This document shows positions 1 to 9,232 of a DNA stretch of 64,000 nucleotides, piece after piece. Origin of the DNA: Candidatus Binatus soli (GTDB lineage: Bacteria > Desulfobacterota > Binatia > Binatales > Binataceae). The stretch covers positions 68,943-132,942 of the forward strand of contig DLMJ01000021.1 of assembly GCA_002479255.1 (NCBI GenBank). The letters are read 5' to 3'. Positions within the stretch are counted from its first letter, which is position 1. Every line of letters starts with the position of its first letter. The notes below the pieces were generated by a model. The model was not told where the DNA came from. It was given only the letters and a program-made list of their open reading frames with translations, and did not search any database. Made by a program: the position numbers and the translations under genes.

Positions 1-1
1 C

Positions 2-298
2 GACACGCTCAAGTTGACGACGGCCATCAGTAATTCGGGTGGAATGAAACAGGCGGACGACTTTAAAGTCCACAAAGGCAAGAAGGCCGGCACTTGCACG
101 ACGAATCCTAAACTAAGTGGCAGCCGTTCCTGCGCCTATAAGATTACCTTTGAGCCTAAAGGTGAGGGCTCCGAGGCCATGCAAGCGCAATTGACGATCA
201 CCGGAAAGTTCATCTCCAACGGAAAGACTTGCAAGCAAACCGTCTCAGTGACTTTGGCCGGCGCTTCAGTGCCGCCGGCGGAGACGGGGCGGCCCTAA
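2..298 (+). CDS. 3'-end of a hypothetical protein (5' truncated by window edge); Lys/Gly/Thr-rich, no recognisable domain
   Basis: Open frame from the window edge to a stop at 298 (ORF track 14..298, frame continues to nt 2). A GC-rich hairpin lies 12 nt downstream. Confidence 0.35.
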   Translation, partial: DTLKLTTAISNSGGMKQADDFKVHKGKKAGTCTTNPKLSGSRSCAYKITFEPKGEGSEAMQAQLTITGKFISNGKTCKQTVSVTLAGASVPPAETGRP

Positions 299-309
299 TG
301 GTAAAATTC

Positions 310-336
310 GGCGTGGCGCGAACCGCGCGCCACGCC
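310..336. terminator. GC-rich perfect hairpin (11-bp stem GGCGTGGCGCG/CGCGCCACGCC, 5-nt loop) between convergent genes; possible bidirectional terminator
   Basis: Seen directly in the sequence. There is no downstream T-run, so intrinsic-terminator function is uncertain. Confidence 0.35.
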
Positions 337-522
337 GCGATTAGGAGAACCGGGCAAGAAGTCGCTCGGAACGCAACATCCTAACTCGGGCGAGATAAGG
401 GCGAACCCTTCCCCCATCACCCTTCTAACAGGGACGCCGTGGCGACGGCAGCGCAGTATTAAGCCGTTGGAAGGGGCCGCGCCCGCCAACGGCGGGCGCG
501 GCCTTAACGTCGGGTGCAGGGC

Positions 523-2502
523 TCAGCCCTGCTCACCCCTGCCTGCCGGCGCAGGAGTGCGGATCAATCCATAAGCCGTCACCGCGAAGAAGACCGCCAG
601 GTTGATCGAAGCAGCCGCGATCAGCGCGGCGTTCGGATGGTCGGGAAAATATGACGAGGTGTCGCTGAGATGCTTGATGTAGACGAGGTTGAACAGGAAC
701 GTCGCGCTTACGACGGCGAAGATCGAAGTGAGAAAGCCGCTCTCCAGCGCGATCGGAATCAGAAATACGATCGGGTAGTACAGATATCGCTCATGCATCC
801 GGGGCGCGAACATGAAGAATCCGAATAGCGCGACGAAAATCGCGAGCATCGCGCCGCCGGCGGACCGCGCGCGCCAGATCAGATACGACGCGATCAGGTA
901 AACGGCGCACGTCAGCGAAAGGCCGAACGCGCTGTACGAAACACCGCCGAAGATTTTGTCCGTGTCGGGCGTGTTCATCCCGCCGATCAGCCCCATGAAA
1001 TTGAACGCGCCCACCGAAGCGTCGCTGAATCGCGTGCCGAGATCCTTATATACGTTGATTATCCAATCCCACGAATGTCCGAGTTGATACGGGATGATTC
1101 CAATCGCAGCCGTGCCGAAGAATGCGCCCGCAGACCATCCGCATTCGCCGACTCCCGCGTTGCACAGCGTCCACAGTCCCAGCGGCGGCGTGAATGCGAT
1201 CGCTTGCGGCTTGGCCAGGATCGCGATCGCGGCCGCACTCCATCCCAGCCGATAGCGGCCGGTCAGGATCAGGATCGCGGCGGCGATCATCGGCAGCGCG
1301 ACGATCGAATCGCTCTGGCCCCATACCACCGTATCGAAGATAAGCGCCGGGTTAAGCGCGAACAGCATCATTACCACGATGGCGCGCAAGCCGCGTCCGT
1401 CGCGCCACGCCGCAAAGTACAGCGTGAGACCGATGAAAAGATCGGCAATCAACGGCGGCGTCTCGACGATCACGCGGAAACCGTTTGCGGTCGGCTCGAT
1501 CAACCTGCCGATCCACCCTGAGAGCCACAGCAGGTACAGCGACCCGGGCGGATAGGCGTCAACCGGCAGACCGGGATCGTAAATTCGTGAGGGGCCCAGA
1601 ACGGTGGCCAGCAAGGCGCGATTGGTCTTCGCCCAGATGTCCCAGTAGAAGCCGGTGAAATGAAATAGCGCGGCAAACTTGACCGCGGTGATCGCGAGCA
1701 TGAGGCCGGCAGGGAGCATCCACGCCGATCGCCCGGCCGCAAGCCCCGGCCGCCAGATTACGGCGAGCGCCCATCCCAGCATCCCCAGCAGGATCAGGCC
1801 GGATACGACGCCCATCGCACGGATCGAGCCTCTCACATCGGGCTGAAGAGCCTGGTCCTTGTAATGTTGGCGAATTGCGGCGAGATCGAATTCGCGCGCG
1901 CGGCTCACCGGCGGACTCGCAACGGCGATCACTTTGATATTGCGAAATGACGCGCGGCCCGTGTCCGGGAAATCCGCCACACCGAGCTGGCAGAGCAATT
2001 CAGTCGAATCGCCCCATCGATCTTCCTTCAGAAAGAATGAGAGTTTCTGCCAGCCCGTCGTGCCGTGCAGATGTGTCGAGATGAGTTTGATTCCGTCGTA
2101 GGTGCTGACGGCTATATTCGCGCCGCCTGCATGCGGCTGCGCACCCTCCACGCTCACTTCGGCGCTGATTTCGTAAATCCCGGGCCGTAGTATCAGCGCC
2201 TGATGCCAGCTCGCATAGTTCGGATTCAGATTGGAGATTCCAAGCGCGCCGCCCTCGGCCGGCGTATAGGTCCATGAAAACTTGCTCAGCTTCCTGTCGG
2301 AAGACAGCGCGTACCAATCAGCCGGCGCGCCGTCGAAGCCGGCGGTAAGGTCGCCGTTCTTTACCAGATTAGTCTCAGCGAAGGCGCAAATTGGCTTCCA
2401 GAGCCATGATACGCACGCTGCGAGCGCCACAACCGCGATGAATCGCCACATTGCTCGATCGAATCCGATGCCGTGAGGGGCTATCGATCCCCGCGCATCC
2501 AA
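523..2502 (-). CDS. Large polytopic membrane protein, putative GT-C-fold glycosyltransferase (DUF2029/GT87/PMT-like), with an N-terminal ~200-aa soluble beta-rich ectodomain
   Basis: 659-aa ORF. After one N-terminal TM helix comes a hydrophilic domain, then about 10 hydrophobic helices with short charged loops (HERYLYYP) typical of GT-C mannosyl/arabinosyl-transferase-like proteins. Family assignment is by pattern recognition only. Confidence 0.5.
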   Translation of the reverse strand: MDARGSIAPHGIGFDRAMWRFIAVVALAACVSWLWKPICAFAETNLVKNGDLTAGFDGAPADWYALSSDRKLSKFSWTYTPAEGGALGISNLNPNYASWHQALILRPGIYEISAEVSVEGAQPHAGGANIAVSTYDGIKLISTHLHGTTGWQKLSFFLKEDRWGDSTELLCQLGVADFPDTGRASFRNIKVIAVASPPVSRAREFDLAAIRQHYKDQALQPDVRGSIRAMGVVSGLILLGMLGWALAVIWRPGLAAGRSAWMLPAGLMLAITAVKFAALFHFTGFYWDIWAKTNRALLATVLGPSRIYDPGLPVDAYPPGSLYLLWLSGWIGRLIEPTANGFRVIVETPPLIADLFIGLTLYFAAWRDGRGLRAIVVMMLFALNPALIFDTVVWGQSDSIVALPMIAAAILILTGRYRLGWSAAAIAILAKPQAIAFTPPLGLWTLCNAGVGECGWSAGAFFGTAAIGIIPYQLGHSWDWIINVYKDLGTRFSDASVGAFNFMGLIGGMNTPDTDKIFGGVSYSAFGLSLTCAVYLIASYLIWRARSAGGAMLAIFVALFGFFMFAPRMHERYLYYPIVFLIPIALESGFLTSIFAVVSATFLFNLVYIKHLSDTSSYFPDHPNAALIAAASINLAVFFAVTAYGLIRTPAPAGRGEQG

Positions 2503-2596
2503 TCAAGTCTCAATATGTATATGCAAGACCTGATGCGTTTCACGCGCCCGCCGACTAGGATGTAGCGCAGCCAGCTCGAAAACCAGGGGTACCAGG

Positions 2597-2992
2597 ATGG
2601 AAAAGAAACCACGCGGCGCGGCTCTGACGATCTTCGCGCTGCTGTTCGCAGTTCTTGCGATATCCAACTTCCTCAAACCATTTCATCTCGAGGCCAATGA
2701 GGGCTTCGTTTTCCTAGGCACCAAGCTGACCGGCACCGGCAACGCGATCATGGGTCCGCTCTTTGGGTTCCTCCTCCTGGTCTATGTATATGGCATCTGG
2801 GCGATGCGGAAGTTTGCATTACCGATCGCGTACATTTTTTTGCTCTGGGTGCTGCTCAACATGACTCTGTTCGCTGTCAAGAACCAAAGCGCGCAGCCGC
2901 TCGCTGCCAACCTTGCCGCCGCCATCGTGGGGATTGGCGTTCCGCTCGCATCGGCGATCGTTCTGCGTCGCCGCCGCGCCGATCTCACATGA
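2597..2992 (+). CDS. Small 4-TM membrane protein, paralog A of a tandem pair
   Basis: 131-aa ORF. It is clearly homologous to the next gene (shared motifs TIFA(L/M)L(F/L)A..AISNF.KPF, GFVFLGT.L.G, VYVYGI.AMRKFALPI). Confidence 0.55.
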   Translation: MEKKPRGAALTIFALLFAVLAISNFLKPFHLEANEGFVFLGTKLTGTGNAIMGPLFGFLLLVYVYGIWAMRKFALPIAYIFLLWVLLNMTLFAVKNQSAQPLAANLAAAIVGIGVPLASAIVLRRRRADLT

Positions 2993-2999
2993 ATCACCT

Positions 3000-3425
3000 A
3001 TGGAGGTATCCACGGTGGCGATAAAGTCGCGCGGCGCCACTCTGACGATCTTCGCGATGCTGCTCGCCCTGATGGCGATTTCCAATTTCGGCAAGCCATT
3101 CTCGGATCATCCCGGCGTCGGCTTCGTCTTCCTGGGCACGCGCCTTTCGGGCCTGCCCAACATGATTGTCGCTCGGATTTTCAGGATCACTCTCGCCGTG
3201 TACGTGTACGGAATCATGGCGATGCGCAAGTTTGCGCTGCCGATCGGGATTTTTTACGCGGCGTACGTGATCATCAACATGCCCCTGTTCATACTGAAGT
3301 ACGACGGCACCGCGGTGATGCAGGAGCACTCGTGGGCCTACCTTGTTCCCTACCCATTCGTCGCGATCGGCGTGTCGTCTGGCGCAGCAATTCTTCTTTA
3401 CCGCCGCAAAGCCGACCTCAAATGA
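3000..3425 (+). CDS. Small 4-TM membrane protein, paralog B of the tandem pair
   Basis: ATG at 3000 (MEVSTVAIKS...) lies 8 nt after the stop of paralog A. The ORF-track start at 2913 overlaps paralog A and is unlikely. Homology to paralog A supports coding. Confidence 0.55.
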   Translation: MEVSTVAIKSRGATLTIFAMLLALMAISNFGKPFSDHPGVGFVFLGTRLSGLPNMIVARIFRITLAVYVYGIMAMRKFALPIGIFYAAYVIINMPLFILKYDGTAVMQEHSWAYLVPYPFVAIGVSSGAAILLYRRKADLK

Positions 3426-3514
3426 GCGAATGCGTCTCGCGTCAGGCGATAGTTTGGCGGTAGAATCGGCGCTGGCCGCGACGGACCGGCCCCGCGGCTC
3501 CGCGAGGTGCTCAG

Positions 3515-4753
3515 ATGAAACGATCGCGCGACGGATCGATCATTGGACGACGCGAATTCCTGAAACGGGGCGTGCTTGCCGGCGTGGGCGTATCAATCCT
3601 GCCGCTGGCCGGCGTCGCCAGCGCATCGGTCGAGGCGGCTGCGCACGTTCGCCGTTACTCGACGCTTGGCCGCACCGGTCTCAAGATTTCTGACATCTCA
3701 TTCGGCGCCAGCCGCCTGACCGCCGGAAAGGAAGACCTGGTCCGTCACGCATTTGATTGCGGGATCAACTACTTTGACTCGGCCGATACGTACACCGACG
3801 GCGAATCGGAAACTACGATAGGCAACGCGCTCAAGGGCAAGCGCGACAAGGTATTCCTGACCTCGAAGACGATGGCGCGCGCGGACGACAGCCGCGGTTC
3901 GATGATGACCGCGCTCGAAACAAGTCTGCGCCGCCTGCAGACCGATCACATCGACGTGTACTTCAACCATGCGGTCAACGATCCGGCGCGGCTGAAAAAT
4001 CCCGAGTGGCACGAATTCGTCTCCCAGGCGCGCAGCCAGGGCAAGATTCGGTTCACCGGGATGTCGGGCCACGCGGGGAATCTCGCCGAATGCCTCGACT
4101 ACGCGATCGACAGCGGCCTCTGCGACGTAATCCTGTGCGCGCACAATTTCGGCCAGGACCCGCGCTTCTACCAGCGCTTCACGCGGAACTTCGATTTCGT
4201 CGCGATTCAGCCCGAGTTGCCGCGCCTGATGGAAAAGGCCAACCGCCACGGCGTCGGCGTGGTTGTGATGAAGACCCTGATGGGCGCGCGCCTGAACGAT
4301 ATGCGCCCGTATGAATCCGGCGGCGCCACCTTCTCGCAGGCGGCGTTTCGATGGGTATTGTCGAATCCCAACGTGGACGCGCTGATCGTCTCGATGACGA
4401 GCCTGCCGCTCATCGACGAATACCTGGGCGCGTCGGGAGCGCGCGCAACTGCCGCGGATGACCTGCGGCTGTTGAATCGCTACGCGAGTCTCAACGGTGA
4501 TTCGCAGTGCCGTCCCGCGTGCAACGAGTGCGCGAATGCATGTCCCTACGGCGTGCCGATCGCCGACGTGATGCGCACGCGGATGTACGCCCGAGACTAC
4601 GGCGATATCCGCCTTGCGCGGAGCGAATACGCGATGCTCTCTGAGAACGCCGCAGCGTGTCTCAGTTGCGATGCGAAGCCGTGCGCAGGAGCGTGTCCGC
4701 ATGGGATCGCGACCGAAGTGTTGCTGGCGCCGACGCATCGCATGCTCGCATAG
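3515..4753 (+). CDS. Tat-signal aldo/keto reductase with a C-terminal 4Fe-4S ferredoxin-like Cys-rich domain
   Basis: GAGGTG RBS. The N-terminus has a twin-arginine motif (RREFLKRGVLAG..). The AKR core has YFDSADTY and tetrad-like residues. The C-terminus carries CRPACNECANACPYG ... CLSCDAKPCAGACPHG. Confidence 0.8.
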   Translation: MKRSRDGSIIGRREFLKRGVLAGVGVSILPLAGVASASVEAAAHVRRYSTLGRTGLKISDISFGASRLTAGKEDLVRHAFDCGINYFDSADTYTDGESETTIGNALKGKRDKVFLTSKTMARADDSRGSMMTALETSLRRLQTDHIDVYFNHAVNDPARLKNPEWHEFVSQARSQGKIRFTGMSGHAGNLAECLDYAIDSGLCDVILCAHNFGQDPRFYQRFTRNFDFVAIQPELPRLMEKANRHGVGVVVMKTLMGARLNDMRPYESGGATFSQAAFRWVLSNPNVDALIVSMTSLPLIDEYLGASGARATAADDLRLLNRYASLNGDSQCRPACNECANACPYGVPIADVMRTRMYARDYGDIRLARSEYAMLSENAAACLSCDAKPCAGACPHGIATEVLLAPTHRMLA

Positions 4754-4797
4754 CCGCTCAACGGACTCTCAAATGCTTTCGACGCACGAATGCCGCG

Positions 4798-5004
4798 CTA
4801 GCCTTTCTGAATCATGACCTCCGTGGCCTTGATGACGGCGGCCACCTTGTCGCCCTTCTTCAGGTGAAGTTCTTCCGCGCTCTTCCTGGTAATAACGGAC
4901 TCGATGATATTGTCGCCAACCTTGACAGTGATGAGCGCGGTAACGGTCCCAAGAACTACCTCGGTAATTTCGCCCTTTAGATGGTTGCGAGCGCTGAGTG
5001 CCAT
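4798..5004 (-). CDS. mop: Molybdopterin/molybdate-binding protein Mop (single TOBE-domain molbindin)
   Basis: 69 aa from ATG at 5004 (MALSARNHLKGEITEV...VGDNI..K..EV), preceded by a GGAG RBS. This is the classic TOBE-domain consensus (SARN.L.G.V). Confidence 0.75.
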   Translation of the reverse strand: MALSARNHLKGEITEVVLGTVTALITVKVGDNIIESVITRKSAEELHLKKGDKVAAVIKATEVMIQKG

Positions 5005-5139
5005 AGAAATTTTCTCCTCACGTGACTTTTGGCCCCTGCCAATGTGAGCATGGGGCCTCGATGCGTTTGTCGGCCGGAGCCGGACTCTATCGCCGGCGCT
5101 CAATCACTGCAAATCGCTCGCCAATCCGGACGCCGCATT

Positions 5140-6033
5140 TCAGAACGGAATCCGCGCGGTCAGAATGAGGTTGTGGTTGTATTTCTCATGATACGTCGCC
5201 GCGACCTGGTAGCTCGCGCCGAACGTCAGGCCGACGCGGTCGTGAATCGGAATCCGTCCGATCAAAATCCCAGGCGTGAGGTAGAGCGTGCTGTGCCCGG
5301 TGTCGCCGCCGTACGACTGCCAGGTGTAGTTGGTTTCAAACTCCGGCCAGAAATATTTGAAGAGGCGATACTGGAAGGTGGTATTCCAGGCCACCGGCAT
5401 CCCCAGCCGGTCCAGAGTGGCGTGACCGCCGGCGGCGAAGGTGACGCCGAGCGTCGATTGGACATCGAAGTCGCCGAAGCCTTTGCCGGCCGCCAGCGTC
5501 GGCGTGAAGAGCCCGTGCCCGTTGCCGTTGACGTTCGAGCCGGTCGGCACGCTGAACCCCATGAAGGCGGTGACGATGTAGTTGTCGTGCTCCTCGTTGG
5601 AGGAGAGCAGCCGCACCTTGACCAGAAACGGCCAGTCGCCGAAGCCGTCGGTGTTCTTCGGCGTGTTGCGGTTCAGGTACGGCGGGATCCCGACTATGAT
5701 TTCAGTAGCTTGAAACGGGATGAGCTCCAGTCCCTTGCCGTTGCCGAAGTTGTTAGTCGCGACGCCGTTTTTCGACGACTCGAATAACTGGTCGTAGCGC
5801 ACCTCCTCTTCGAGCCGCGGGGTAACGGTCACCAGCGGGGTTACCCAGTGGGGCTGCTCGTTCTGGATTTCAGTGACACGTGGAAACCAGTTTATGAAGT
5901 AGTCCGCTATCGCAGACCCAAACGACGAGCTACTTTGTGCTCGGCACGGCGTCGCCGCGGTGAGCGCGACGGCCACAACGATTATTGCACAGACCGCACG
6001 CGGCAGGGTGAACCAGGTTGCAAGGTTTTTCAT
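5140..6033 (-). CDS. Small outer-membrane beta-barrel protein (signal peptide, C-terminal Phe); MetA-pathway/OmpW-size barrel
   Basis: N-terminal signal peptide (AVALTAATPCRAQS). It shows alternating amphipathic beta-strand pattern, Gly/Asn/Thr-rich loops and a terminal ...TARIPF. It lies directly upstream of mop on the same strand. Confidence 0.55.
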   Translation of the reverse strand: MKNLATWFTLPRAVCAIIVVAVALTAATPCRAQSSSSFGSAIADYFINWFPRVTEIQNEQPHWVTPLVTVTPRLEEEVRYDQLFESSKNGVATNNFGNGKGLELIPFQATEIIVGIPPYLNRNTPKNTDGFGDWPFLVKVRLLSSNEEHDNYIVTAFMGFSVPTGSNVNGNGHGLFTPTLAAGKGFGDFDVQSTLGVTFAAGGHATLDRLGMPVAWNTTFQYRLFKYFWPEFETNYTWQSYGGDTGHSTLYLTPGILIGRIPIHDRVGLTFGASYQVAATYHEKYNHNLILTARIPF

Positions 6034-6075
6034 AGTCCGGTTTTATGCCATATTAAGAGCGAATTGACAAGTATC

Positions 6076-7215
6076 ATGGCATCGATTGGCAAGGCTCTGG
6101 CGCGCGCGCGAATGGCGCGGGATCTCACGCAGACCGAACTGGCGAGGCGCGCGGGAATCTCGCGGCAGGCGTTGGGCGCGATCGAGGCGGGCGCCTATCA
6201 TCCGGGTGTCGCAATCGCGATTCGCCTTGCGCGCGAGCTCGGCGCAAGCGTGGAATCGCTGTTCGGCGAAATCGACGATGAGACCTCAACGCTCGTCGAC
6301 GCCACCTGGTTCGACGACCAGCGACGCCCCCCTGCCCGCTCGCAATCCCGTGTCGCGCTCGCGCGCGTGGGCGGAAGAGTCGTGGCCGTGGCGCAACCTG
6401 CCACGCATCTCACGCTCGTGCCCGCGGCTGGCGTGTTGCAGCGTGCGAGGCGACATCGCGCCGACGTCGCCACGTTTCAACTGCCGGATGAAATTGACTC
6501 GACACTCCTGATGGCCGGATGCGATCCGGCGGTCGCGATTCTGGTGGACTGGCTCGCGCGCCGGCGGTCGCCGGTCCACGCGGTGGCCCTTTCCTGCTCG
6601 AGTCGCGAAGCTTTGCGGGCAGTAGTCAATGGCCGCGCGCACGTGGCCGGCGTGCATCTCCGGGATCAAAAGAGCGGCGAGTACAACCTGGCGCCGATCA
6701 GCCGCGCTTTGGGCCATCGCCGTTCGATAGTCGTGAACTTTGCCCGGTGGGAATTGGGGCTTGCGACGGCGCCCGGCAACCCGCTGGCGATCCGCGGGTT
6801 CGCCGACCTGGAGAGACCCGGTCTCAGAATCGTGAACCGCGAAGATGGCTCGGGAGCGCGCTCAGCTCTCGACCAGGCGCTTGGCGAGCTCGGCCTCCAG
6901 CCAGAGCGCATCGCAGGATACCAATTCGAAGTCGGCGGCCATCTCGAAGTCGCAGCTGCAATCGCGGCGGGACTGGCGGACGCCGGAGTCACTATCAGAC
7001 TGGGGGCAAATGCCTACGGACTGCATTTTCTTCCGCATCGAGACGAGCGCTACGACCTCGTGATCATGCAGCGAGAGGCCGAATCGACGCCGATTAAGGC
7101 GATGCTCGACGCTCTGAATTCGCGGCGCTTTGCGAACGAAATCAGCCAGTTATGCGCGTACGACACCGCGCAGATGGGACAGATTATCCGCGCTCGCTCC
7201 GCTCCCGAGCTGTGA
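6076..7215 (+). CDS. Transcriptional regulator: N-terminal XRE-type HTH plus C-terminal PBP-like (ModA/TupA-like oxyanion-binding) domain
   Basis: ATG at 6076 (MASIGKALARARMARDLTQTELARRAGISRQALGAIEAG = canonical HTH_XRE). The C-terminal ~280 aa resemble the PBP_like domain family that accompanies HTH domains near Mo/W transport genes. It is divergent from the barrel–mop pair. Confidence 0.7.
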   Translation: MASIGKALARARMARDLTQTELARRAGISRQALGAIEAGAYHPGVAIAIRLARELGASVESLFGEIDDETSTLVDATWFDDQRRPPARSQSRVALARVGGRVVAVAQPATHLTLVPAAGVLQRARRHRADVATFQLPDEIDSTLLMAGCDPAVAILVDWLARRRSPVHAVALSCSSREALRAVVNGRAHVAGVHLRDQKSGEYNLAPISRALGHRRSIVVNFARWELGLATAPGNPLAIRGFADLERPGLRIVNREDGSGARSALDQALGELGLQPERIAGYQFEVGGHLEVAAAIAAGLADAGVTIRLGANAYGLHFLPHRDERYDLVIMQREAESTPIKAMLDALNSRRFANEISQLCAYDTAQMGQIIRARSAPEL

Positions 7216-7438
7216 ATTTCCGCTAATCTTTGACGCCTTGCGGCGTTAAATTTCGCGCGTCCGTAACAATCGACTCATCATGTCGTAACGTCACCTCTTT
7301 AGTTTGCGCCTGCCGCGGAGGATGGACGCCGGTTTCCTGTACTGAATGGGGGCCTTTGGCGTCCTAAGGTTCTCGCCGTAACCGGTTCGGGCCGGCGGGA
7401 GTTTTCGCATCGTGGAATAGGAGAGTCCAGGGAGGACG

Positions 7439-9175
7439 ATGATGAGACAAACGATACGAATGGTTGCGCTATCGATGTTTGGCGCGGCGTTGACGCTCGG
7501 CGCCGTCGCGATCACACCGATGCCGGCGCGGAGCGCGGATGGACAGACGATCACGCTGTACACCGATCCAGGCACAGGGCAGGTGTACACCAAGCGATGC
7601 AAGCACTGCGTCAAGCTCGGCGAGTACATCCCCGCCGGATCGACCGAAGAGATCGAGCGCAAGGTCGAGCGGCGAGTCACCCAGCAGACGCAGGCGCAAC
7701 TGGATCAGGAACGCGCCGCTATGCAGGCTGACCAAGCCGCCAAACAGGCGCAGCAGCAGCAGTGGAACGCCGAGATGGCCAAGCAGGTCTCCGAGATTCA
7801 GCCGTTCGCGCGCGAGTTCGGCGACCGGTGGTTCAAGAAGATCTCGATCGGCACGCTGGTGTATGGATATTACGGCTTTTGGTCGCACACCGGGTTCGGT
7901 CCACAGTTCATGGACGCCAACCAGCAGTGGCCTGGCCCAGGGAACAGTACCTTCAACGAATTTGCCATCAACCGTACCTATATAGACCTCAAGTTCACGC
8001 CGGTTGACGACGTTTCGATGCGTATTACGCCCGATATGTACGCGATGGTTAACACTGGCGCCAAATGCACGGCGACCTCGCCAGTTAAGTGCACCGCGAG
8101 CAGCGGCGACACGGTCGGCCAAAACAGCGGATGGGCCCAGACCAATGATGGAAACCTCGGACTTCGTTTGAAGTACGCGTATCTCGACTACAACACCTTC
8201 TTCGAAAAAGTGTTGAAAGTCCCTGCGATGCGCGATGACCAATTCACCTTCGGCCAGCAGCCGAATCCGCTCGTCGATTGGGAAGAGCATCTCTGGGGCT
8301 TCCGCTATACCGCCCTGACGCCGTGGAACTATACGAGCATAAGCTCGGCACAGGTCGGCGCTTCGATGAAGGGGCCGATCAAAGTTAACGAGATTCAATA
8401 CGCCGACTACGACGTCGGCGTGTACGACGATGCCAGCTTCCATGCCCTCGAGCAGAGCGCAACCAAGCAGGTGATGGGTCGCGTGACGATCAATCCGTTC
8501 GGCGCCAAGTCACGGTACGACAGCTTTGGTCTCACCGGCTTCTACGATTTCGGCTACAAAAACTCGTGCACGCCAGACGATAATTCCATTACACCAAACA
8601 ACAGCGCGTGCGCGCATATCGCGCGCGCCGCGGCGCTGGCGCACTACACAGCCGATACCTGGGGCCTCATCGGCGAGTGGGATTACGGTCACAATGCGTT
8701 CAGCAGCAGCAACCTGTTCTCTGGCAGCGGGCCTTCCGACGCAATCGGTGTCACGAGCCCTTATGGAACGGCGCCGAGCACCGGACCGTGCAAGGTTAAA
8801 GGCAGTTGTGGCAGCTGGTACGGTATGGTCGGCGATATTCTGAACACTCAGGCGGTCCAGATGGGTTGGGATTTCCTGGGTCACTACGATATCCCGCACA
8901 CGCCGTTTACGGCCTTCGGCCTGTTCCAACAGTTTCTGCCCAACACGCGCGTACAGAAGGACCCGCTCGACTTCCAGCGCTATGACCTGGGCGTGCAGTG
9001 GCTTATCAACAAGTACCTGCGCGTGTCGTTGGACTCACAGGCCATCATGTACTACCAGCACCAGTTCACGTACCCCGAACTCGTGGCAAAGGGCCAGGCG
9101 ACGCAGCCCGCGGTGCCGTACGCGGTGCCGCGCGACACCCACGCATTCTTCCTGCACATGGAGTTCAGATATTAG
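7439..9175 (+). CDS. Secreted outer-membrane porin-like protein with an N-terminal Cys-pair/coiled-coil region
   Basis: GGAGGACG RBS, signal peptide, Q/A-rich coiled coil (aa 80–120). A long region rich in aromatic beta-strand dipeptides follows, ending in C-terminal ...FRY. Confidence 0.6.
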   Translation: MMRQTIRMVALSMFGAALTLGAVAITPMPARSADGQTITLYTDPGTGQVYTKRCKHCVKLGEYIPAGSTEEIERKVERRVTQQTQAQLDQERAAMQADQAAKQAQQQQWNAEMAKQVSEIQPFAREFGDRWFKKISIGTLVYGYYGFWSHTGFGPQFMDANQQWPGPGNSTFNEFAINRTYIDLKFTPVDDVSMRITPDMYAMVNTGAKCTATSPVKCTASSGDTVGQNSGWAQTNDGNLGLRLKYAYLDYNTFFEKVLKVPAMRDDQFTFGQQPNPLVDWEEHLWGFRYTALTPWNYTSISSAQVGASMKGPIKVNEIQYADYDVGVYDDASFHALEQSATKQVMGRVTINPFGAKSRYDSFGLTGFYDFGYKNSCTPDDNSITPNNSACAHIARAAALAHYTADTWGLIGEWDYGHNAFSSSNLFSGSGPSDAIGVTSPYGTAPSTGPCKVKGSCGSWYGMVGDILNTQAVQMGWDFLGHYDIPHTPFTAFGLFQQFLPNTRVQKDPLDFQRYDLGVQWLINKYLRVSLDSQAIMYYQHQFTYPELVAKGQATQPAVPYAVPRDTHAFFLHMEFRY

Positions 9176-9188
9176 CTACCAATCGGAA

Positions 9189-9232
9189 GGGCCGGCGCGA
9201 GCATGCGAAATGCTCGCGCCGGCCCCCGCTTT
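9189..9232 (+). terminator. Intrinsic terminator downstream of the porin gene
   Basis: Perfect 15-bp stem GGGCCGGCGCGAGCA/TGCTCGCGCCGGCCC with a 7-nt loop, followed by CCCGCTTT. Confidence 0.6.

Noticed and set aside
1046-2476. Multiple ORFs (e.g. 1075..1521 +, 2000..2317 -) nested in or antisense to the 523..2502 membrane-protein gene
   Set aside because: Arg/Pro-rich translations typical of spurious frames in high-GC DNA; they overlap a well-supported gene entirely.
3698-4738. 346-aa antisense ORF inside the AKR/Fe-S gene
   Set aside because: Arg-rich low-complexity translation with no domain; the sense strand encodes a clearly recognisable AKR.
5029-5787. 252-aa plus-strand ORF overlapping the OM barrel gene
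   Set aside because: Antisense high-GC artefact; the minus-strand frame has a signal peptide and a beta-barrel pattern.
7216-7438. Possible cis-regulatory RNA (e.g. Moco-type riboswitch) in the porin 5' region
   Set aside because: No consensus elements recognisable by eye; would need cmscan against Rfam to assess.
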